Virus record (IMG/VR): IMGVR_UViG_3300009431_000005
Reading direction: 5' to 3' (one strand)
DNA length: 20,000 nucleotides
DNA from: an uncultured virus (IMG/VR IMGVR_UViG_3300009431_000005)
Taxonomy: Duplodnaviria > Heunggongvirae > Uroviricota > Caudoviricetes
In this document: piece by piece, positions 14,876 through 20,000 of the stretch
Numbering within the stretch: position 1 is the stretch's first letter
How the letters are laid out: the number at the start of each line of letters is the position of its first letter
Notes under the pieces: model-generated
Seen by the model: only the letters and a program-made list of their open reading frames with translations
The model's database searches: none
Told to the model about the DNA's origin: nothing
Position numbers and translations under genes: made by a program

Positions 14876-16597
14876 TCAGGGATTGGGTTCGATGCCGTAG
14901 GCGTCGATCTCCGGGTTCGTGAGGTTGCGAGTGCCCTTCGACATCTTCACACCGGACTGGAAGCCCGAGTGGCCGGAGAGCGGAGCACCCGCCGTCTCGC
15001 GTTCGATCTCGACCGTGCCGTTGTCGATGCCGCCACCCCACGGCGTGTCGAGACAGATCGCGGTGCGATTTCCCTTGATCTCGAAGCCGTCCAGGATCTC
15101 CAGCTTCTCGACGCCGGAGAAGGCCGCATGGTTGCGGTTCGCGTTGGGGTGGTCGCACTTGAAGCCCGAGACGATGACGTGCCGATGGCTGTAGCCGGTC
15201 GGCGTCAGGTACGCGCCGTGACCCTTGTCGGTCCAGGCGACGATCGCGCCGTTCGAGCGGAGCTGTCCGTGCTGCGCACCGTGGCTCTCGCAGTCGACGA
15301 ACGCGGCGAGTCCCCTGCAGCCGACCAGCGTGAAGTCCGAGCCGCCGCCGGAACCCTCGTGGATGCCGCGTGCGATGCAGCGCAGCACGAGGATGTCGCC
15401 GAACTGGCTGGGACCGGACTGCTGCCGGTTGGTCATCTGCAGGAACGTCCGTCCGTTCGAGAGGCCGTCCGCATACGGGAGCACCTCCAGGTCGACGAAG
15501 ACGGAGTCGCCCTGGAAGTTGTCGCCATAGAACGAGTGCTCCTGCGCGGGCTCGAAGGTGACGCGGCGGAGGTCCCACTGCGCGGGTCCGTGCGCGCGAC
15601 ACGCCCACTTCATCCCGTAGCCGCCGTACCCGTTCCGCGACTGCACACCCAGGTGCAGGTCGTACCCGGTGATGAGTCCGACGACGTTGTTCATCGCGGT
15701 CATCAAGGGCGCGTATGCGTGCTGGTTGTTGAAGATCCCGAGACCCTCCAGGCGGAAGCCGTCGACTCCGCCCAGGTTGCCCCAGAAGCTGTACCCGCCG
15801 TGAACGCGAGTCGTGTCCTTGCCTTCGCCGAGCAGCGCGACGTCGCGGATCACGTCCGAGTCGTTCCACGTCGCCGTGAACTGCTTGCCGAGCGAACCCC
15901 CGCCGATCGAGCAGCCGGGATACGGGCGGTCGCCTTTGAGCAGGATCACGTCACCCGGGCGAGCACGTCGAATCGCCTCGGCCTCGGGGTACACGAGCGG
16001 CAGGTGCCACTGGCCGTAGGTGCTGATGACCTGTCCCGTCTCCAGCATCGTGATCTTCCAGTCGCCGGGGCCGTCGCCGGTCGGCTCGATCTCGATGGTC
16101 GGAGTACCGATCGACACCTCCGGCGGAGGCTCGAAGCCGGAGTTTCCGCCGCCGGGCGGGTCGTACGGTCGCCACGGGACGCAACGGCGGTGCTTGCGAG
16201 CCCACCGGATCATCCGCGTGCGAATCTCCGGCGTGACGGTGATCGGACCGCGTCCGGCGATCAGGATCTCCTGGTCGACGCGCGGGAACTTGCAGCCGCC
16301 ACGCGGGCGGATCTCCGTCACCTCCCCGAGCGGTTCGACTTCGTAGTCGACGATGAGACCGCGATCCGTGCGGCCGACTCCGCCTCTCCCGTCCCCCGTG
16401 TCGCTTCCGCGATCGACTTCGCCCTCCTCGCCGCGAGCAGGCTCCGTTTCCGGATCGGGGTCAGTCTCGGGGTCTTCCTCGTGGCCGCCTGGACGACGGC
16501 CCCTGATGAGCTTCTTCAGACTTCGGGCCGACACGCCGATCGAGTCCGCATCCGCAGCGATCTCGTCGAGCGCCTCCCGCACTTCGCGTAGTTGCAT
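14876..16597 (-). CDS. Predicted right-handed parallel beta-helix (pectin-lyase-fold) protein, 573 aa
   Basis: EAIRRARPGDVILLKG...Y cap motif, V.L.GEG...T.V, F.LEGL.I, and Gly/Asn-rich beta repeats. AAGGAG RBS before ATG 16597. Confidence 0.7.
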   Translation of the reverse strand: MQLREVREALDEIAADADSIGVSARSLKKLIRGRRPGGHEEDPETDPDPETEPARGEEGEVDRGSDTGDGRGGVGRTDRGLIVDYEVEPLGEVTEIRPRGGCKFPRVDQEILIAGRGPITVTPEIRTRMIRWARKHRRCVPWRPYDPPGGGNSGFEPPPEVSIGTPTIEIEPTGDGPGDWKITMLETGQVISTYGQWHLPLVYPEAEAIRRARPGDVILLKGDRPYPGCSIGGGSLGKQFTATWNDSDVIRDVALLGEGKDTTRVHGGYSFWGNLGGVDGFRLEGLGIFNNQHAYAPLMTAMNNVVGLITGYDLHLGVQSRNGYGGYGMKWACRAHGPAQWDLRRVTFEPAQEHSFYGDNFQGDSVFVDLEVLPYADGLSNGRTFLQMTNRQQSGPSQFGDILVLRCIARGIHEGSGGGSDFTLVGCRGLAAFVDCESHGAQHGQLRSNGAIVAWTDKGHGAYLTPTGYSHRHVIVSGFKCDHPNANRNHAAFSGVEKLEILDGFEIKGNRTAICLDTPWGGGIDNGTVEIERETAGAPLSGHSGFQSGVKMSKGTRNLTNPEIDAYGIEPNP

Positions 16598-16606
16598 GGC
16601 AATGTT

Positions 16607-16630
16607 CTCCTTGGGAAAGAGGCCAAGGAG
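16607..16630 (-). promoter_or_regulatory. Hairpin occluding the RBS of the beta-helix gene
   Basis: Perfect 8-bp CTCCTTGG/CCAAGGAG; the 3' arm is the Shine-Dalgarno. Confidence 0.6.
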
Positions 16631-16638
16631 GCAGCCTA

Positions 16639-16734
16639 TCAACACGAACGTGCGGCGAGGAAGCACGCGATCGCCAAAAGCGTGACGAGCGTGCCCACGT
16701 ACAGGCGTAGGCGATCCTGGGGCGTCCGGGTCAT
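16639..16734 (-). CDS. Candidate 31-aa single-TM peptide
   Basis: MTRTPQDRLRLYVGTLVTLLAIACFLAARSC*; no clear SD. Confidence 0.4.
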   Translation of the reverse strand: MTRTPQDRLRLYVGTLVTLLAIACFLAARSC

Positions 16735-16759
16735 CGGGGGCGCGGGGGGTCAGATTCCC

Positions 16760-16797
16760 AAAATAGGGGACCGACGGCTCTGCGGGGCCGCCGGTCC
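16760..16797 (-). terminator. Long hairpin, possible minus-strand terminator
   Basis: GGACCGGCGGCCC-CGCA-GAGCCGTCGGTCC followed by CCTATTTT. Confidence 0.4.
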
Positions 16798-16852
16798 AGG
16801 CCCACCCCAGCGGGGGCCGAGAGACAAGGGAACCGTCCTACCTCGGCCGCCC

Positions 16853-16875
16853 CGGGGCCGCAAGCCCCTCTTTTT
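16853..16875 (+). terminator. Short intrinsic terminator-like hairpin
   Basis: GGGGC-CGCAA-GCCCC followed by TCTTTTT. Confidence 0.4.
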
Positions 16876-16901
16876 GCTTTCCCCGGGATCGGTGGTACTG
16901 T
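16874..16901 (+). promoter_or_regulatory. Sigma70-type promoter, plus strand
   Basis: TTGCTT, 16 bp, TACTGT with extended TGn. Confidence 0.5.
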
Positions 16902-16907
16902 GAGGAT

Positions 16908-17110
16908 ACCTACGGGGGACTGAAGCGACCCCGCATGGTTGTGAGGAGCTGAGAGAACCTCCTCTCGTCTTCCTAGACGACGGCCCCCGGGACGACCTCC
17001 TGACGCCCCGGGGGCCACTTTGGTTCCGCCCTTCCCCGGTCTTCCGACCCCTCTGTTCGCCCGGGGTCCGCACACCTACAATGCGCCCCTCAATGTTCCG
17101 AGGCGCGTAG
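16908..17110. ncRNA. Candidate structured RNA / long 5' leader (array of hairpins); strand not established
   Basis: At least six stems: 16913-16933, 16951-16966, 16965-16980, 16982-17016 (perfect 10 bp), 17038-17049, 17081-17108. Five of them carry UCC in or at the loop on +, i.e. GGA on -. Confidence 0.45.
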
Positions 17111-17127
17111 CGTCTCTCAAATAGATA

Positions 17128-17271
17128 ATGGATCACCACTGGAACCTGGAGCCGTCCGAAGCGGTCGCCCAGGAGGAGGTCATCGAGGCGGGTAGCCTGA
17201 ACGACGCCACGCTGGCGGCCATCAACGCGGCCGTCGCTGCGGCCGTCGCGGAGGCCCTGGCTGCCAAGTAG
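17128..17271 (+). CDS. Small acidic, Ala-rich protein (47 aa), only plus-strand gene
   Basis: MDHHWNLEPSEAVAQEEVIEAGSLNDATLAAINAAVAAAVAEALAAK*; strongly GC3-biased codons; followed by a terminator. Confidence 0.65.
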   Translation: MDHHWNLEPSEAVAQEEVIEAGSLNDATLAAINAAVAAAVAEALAAK

Positions 17272-17292
17272 CCGGACCTCAATCTCATCCCG

Positions 17293-17330
17293 AGCCCGGT
17301 CGCCCGACGCGGCGGCCGGGCTTTCTTCGT
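17293..17330 (+). terminator. Intrinsic terminator between the 47-aa ORF and the convergent primase
   Basis: AGCCCGGTCGCC-CGACGC-GGCGGCCGGGCT then TTCTTCGT. Confidence 0.75.
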
Positions 17331-17331
17331 G

Positions 17332-18348
17332 TCAGCGTCCCAGTCGTTGACGAATGCGATCGGCGGTGGACGGGACGCCGCGTCCTTCGAGCAGCATCTC
17401 CAGCTCGTCCCGACGTTCCCACGGGTCGCCCTGGTCGAGTCCGAGCACCGTCACCTCCGGCACGACAGGGAGCAGCGCAGAGTACAGCGCGTCGATCTCC
17501 TTCCCCGCCATGTGGTCGAGTGCGATCACGACCTCCTGCAGTCCCGCCGCGCGCAGGTGCGCGAACAGCCTGACCTGCTCCGGTGAGGCGAACTTCCCGA
17601 GCAGCGCGACCGCGTGCTCGAAGGCCATCATGTCGAACGGTCCCTCGACCACCGCGATGCGTTCGACGCCGAGGCAGTTGTCGTAGTTGAGCAGACACGT
17701 CCCGCGTTGGTGGAAGCCTTCCTCGTTCGGCTCGTTGAGCGACTTCGGGATGCGTTCGTCGTCCGGGTCGTCGCACAGGCGCGTCGTGAAGTACACCTGC
17801 GCGTTCTCCTGGATCACCGGGAACACGAGCCGGTTCCGATACCGCCCCTGCGTGCAGTACCCGATCTGGAAGCGTTCGACGAACTCCCAGGGCACGCCTC
17901 GATCCTCCAGGTACTCCAAGCCCGGACGGAGGCTCGGGGCCTTCAACGTCTTCTTCTCCGCGTCCGCGAGGATCAGGCACGGCAGCGGCAGCTCGCGCGG
18001 CTTCAGATCCGGGAGTGGCTCAGGCGGAGCGAAGACCTCGCGCACCGCACGCGCGACGCTCGTGCGCGGGGGCGTCGTCTCGTCGCGGAGGAGAGCCAGC
18101 TCCTCCATCCGCACGAAGCCACCGTTGAGGTAGCGAAAGAGCTGTCCGAAGCTACCGAAGGCGAAGCCACAGCGGAAGCATCCGCCGACGCGCTTCTGCA
18201 CGTTGATCCCGAGCTTGCGTCCTCGGCTCTCCGTCCCGATGCGGTCGATGCACGCCGGGCAGTTGAACTGGTACTCCGGTCCGCGCCCCGAGTGCGCGCC
18301 CATCCGCTCGTCGAGGTACGCGAGCAGGTTGGTGAGCTTGCGGACCAC
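17332..18348 (-). CDS. DnaG-type (TOPRIM) DNA primase
   Basis: Zn domain CPAC...CFRC, YL..RG, IGYC..G.Y.NRLVFP, YF..R, VVEGPFD, VALLGK, GDP. Confidence 0.9.
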   Translation of the reverse strand: MVRKLTNLLAYLDERMGAHSGRGPEYQFNCPACIDRIGTESRGRKLGINVQKRVGGCFRCGFAFGSFGQLFRYLNGGFVRMEELALLRDETTPPRTSVARAVREVFAPPEPLPDLKPRELPLPCLILADAEKKTLKAPSLRPGLEYLEDRGVPWEFVERFQIGYCTQGRYRNRLVFPVIQENAQVYFTTRLCDDPDDERIPKSLNEPNEEGFHQRGTCLLNYDNCLGVERIAVVEGPFDMMAFEHAVALLGKFASPEQVRLFAHLRAAGLQEVVIALDHMAGKEIDALYSALLPVVPEVTVLGLDQGDPWERRDELEMLLEGRGVPSTADRIRQRLGR

Positions 18349-18351
18349 GAA

Positions 18352-19827
18352 TCACCCCTCGAAGTCCAGCTCCTTCTTGGGCCGGGTGAGCTTCTTCTTC
18401 TTGACCTTCTTCTTGCCCTTCTTCGTGACCTTCTTCTTGCGCGTCAGCCCGACCGACTCCTTGACCGCGTCGACCTTCATCGCGTGCGCCTCGATGTCGC
18501 CGCCGATCCGCGTACCCGCCACGTCGAGAACTCCAGTCGAGGAGATCAGGCAGCAATCCCGTCGGATGTCGCACTCGATCGTCCGGCCGTCCTCAACGTC
18601 CCGTAGCCCGGCAGCAAACAGACGCGCACGACCGTCGATGCGTTCGTCGTCCGTCTGGCAAAAGGCGAAGGCCGCGTCCACGATGGCCGCCTTCTCGAAG
18701 GCTTCCGCGAAGTCCTCGATGGTGATGACCTCCTTCTGCAGCGCGGCCTGCTTCGCCTGCGAGCCCGTCCACACCGCAGCGTCGAACTCGCCAGCGATCG
18801 CGCGCAGGTCCTCGTAGATCCCCGCCTGCTCGTGCCGCATCTCACCGAGCCGCCGCTCCGGCTTCATGATGTCGGCGTAGTCGACGATGATGACGTCGGG
18901 ATAGAACTCGCGCGAGGCCAGGAGTGCGAGGTGCGAGCGCACCGTCGAGATCGTCGCCGAGCGCGTCGGGTACGACTTCACGAAGAGGCGGCCAGGGAGG
19001 AGCTTCGTCGCGCGAGCCTTCAGCTCCTGCACGTACCGTATCGGGTCGCTGCGCTTGTACTTCACGCGCAGCCCCATCAGGCGGTCGTCGTACCGCTGCG
19101 TCACCTTCTGGTCGTTCATCTCCAGCGAGTAGTGGGCGACGTTGAGACCGGACACGTCGCTCAGCGCACCGAAGCCGATGTTGATGAGCGTCGTGCTCTT
19201 GCCGCGCTTCGGCGGTGCCAGGATCACTCCCAGCTCGCCGCGTCCGAGACCTCCCGCGAGAACCGCGTCCAGGTGCTCGATGCCCGTGCGGACGCCGGTA
19301 AACACCTTCTGCGGATCGGTGTACCACACGGCGCGGTCGTCGATGTCGGCCCGGTAGTCAATCCCGATCTCCAGGAGATCCTCACCGACGAGCAGCGCGT
19401 CGTCGATCAGCGGGCGCACGTCGCGGTTGCCCTTATCCAGTCGTCCGGCTGCTTCGACGATCGCGTTGACGAGTGCCTGCTGCTTGCCGAAGGCCACCGC
19501 CTTCTGCATCACGGCGTGCGCGTCCTGAACGTCGTGCCCGTACAGCTCGCCGAGCGCCGACTCGACAGGAGCGAAGTCGTCCTTCCCGACGAGCGGGCGG
19601 ATGTCCTCGATCAGAGTCGGGTGCGTCGGGAGGCGACGCTCTTCGTCGATGTGCGCGAGGAGCGCGCGTGCGATGATCCGGTTCGCGTCAGAGACGAAGA
19701 ACGTGTGGTCGAGTGCCGTGCGGTACCGGATGCAGAATCCCGGCACGCGGCACATCACCGCCAGGATGTGATCCTGGAAGGGAGCGCCGAAGTCCTGGCT
19801 GTAGTTGACCGCCTCCTTCTTCGGCAT
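18352..19827 (-). CDS. DnaB/T4 gp41-like SF4 replicative helicase
   Basis: TGIEHLDAVLAGGLGRGELGVILA, Walker A PPKRGKST, HYSLEM, IIVDYADIM, VWTGSQ. Confidence 0.93.
   Translation of the reverse strand: MPKKEAVNYSQDFGAPFQDHILAVMCRVPGFCIRYRTALDHTFFVSDANRIIARALLAHIDEERRLPTHPTLIEDIRPLVGKDDFAPVESALGELYGHDVQDAHAVMQKAVAFGKQQALVNAIVEAAGRLDKGNRDVRPLIDDALLVGEDLLEIGIDYRADIDDRAVWYTDPQKVFTGVRTGIEHLDAVLAGGLGRGELGVILAPPKRGKSTTLINIGFGALSDVSGLNVAHYSLEMNDQKVTQRYDDRLMGLRVKYKRSDPIRYVQELKARATKLLPGRLFVKSYPTRSATISTVRSHLALLASREFYPDVIIVDYADIMKPERRLGEMRHEQAGIYEDLRAIAGEFDAAVWTGSQAKQAALQKEVITIEDFAEAFEKAAIVDAAFAFCQTDDERIDGRARLFAAGLRDVEDGRTIECDIRRDCCLISSTGVLDVAGTRIGGDIEAHAMKVDAVKESVGLTRKKKVTKKGKKKVKKKKLTRPKKELDFEG
18418..18445. 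repeat. 28-nt perfect direct repeat, second copy at 7241..7268
   Basis: CTTCTTCGTGACCTTCTTCTTGCGCGTC in both the helicase tail and the parB head; encodes TRKKKVTKK. Confidence 0.9.
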
Positions 19828-19830
19828 CGC

Positions 19831-20000
19831 TCACGCTCCCGGACTCCACAGGACTCCGGGAACGCCGGACAAGTCCACGCTCGTCCGAGCAGGTGGTGGG
19901 AAGTGCGACACGACCAAGGCCGCGAAGTCCTCCCAAGCGAAGTCCGAACAGCCCACCCGAGTCGAAAGGCCCGTCTCGAAAGACTCGGCCACCGATACCG
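19831..20000 (-). CDS. 3' end of an upstream hypothetical gene (partial)
   Basis: Open frame ...FAWEDFAALVVSHFPPPARTSVDLSGVPGVLWSPGA* ending 3 nt before the helicase ATG. Confidence 0.55.
   Translation of the reverse strand, partial: VSVAESFETGLSTRVGCSDFAWEDFAALVVSHFPPPARTSVDLSGVPGVLWSPGA

Noticed and set aside
16700..17130. Replication origin
   Set aside because: No iterons, DnaA boxes or extended AT-rich unwinding element; cannot be supported.
16731..17139. Minus-strand ORFs 16731-17075 and 16750-17139
   Set aside because: Gly/Arg/Pro-rich, no codon bias; region better explained by promoter and RNA hairpins.
16740..17290. Possible tmRNA (GGGG start at ~16914, ORF ending ALAAK)
   Set aside because: No T-arm GTTCGA or acceptor-stem/CCA end found, in either standard or permuted order.

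Overview
High-GC window holding the DNA replication/recombination module of a large tailed phage or prophage. Almost all genes are tightly coupled on the minus strand. In transcription order: SF4 helicase, TOPRIM primase, a ~0.7 kb regulatory island, a beta-helix protein, a small Cys-rich protein, a family A DNA polymerase fused to a family-4 uracil-DNA glycosylase, small ORFs, a NUMOD4-HNH endonuclease, a UvsY-like protein, a gp32-like SSB, RecA, an orphan ParB, a 5'-3' flap exonuclease, a string of small hypothetical/membrane/Zn-ribbon genes, an SbcD/Mre11 nuclease and an AP2-like gene. Three things stand out. (1) A shared Lys-rich 'KKKV(T/R)(K/R)K'-type terminal tag occurs on six unrelated DNA-handling proteins, including a perfect 28-nt repeat 11 kb apart. 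(2) An opposite-strand transcription unit carries a multi-hairpin RNA with anti-Shine-Dalgarno loops plus a 47-aa ORF, back-to-back with a 31-aa membrane peptide and a hairpin-occluded RBS. (3) Two TTGACC promoters have their -10 box at the centre of a long inverted repeat. All calls come from motif reading only; no database searches were run.
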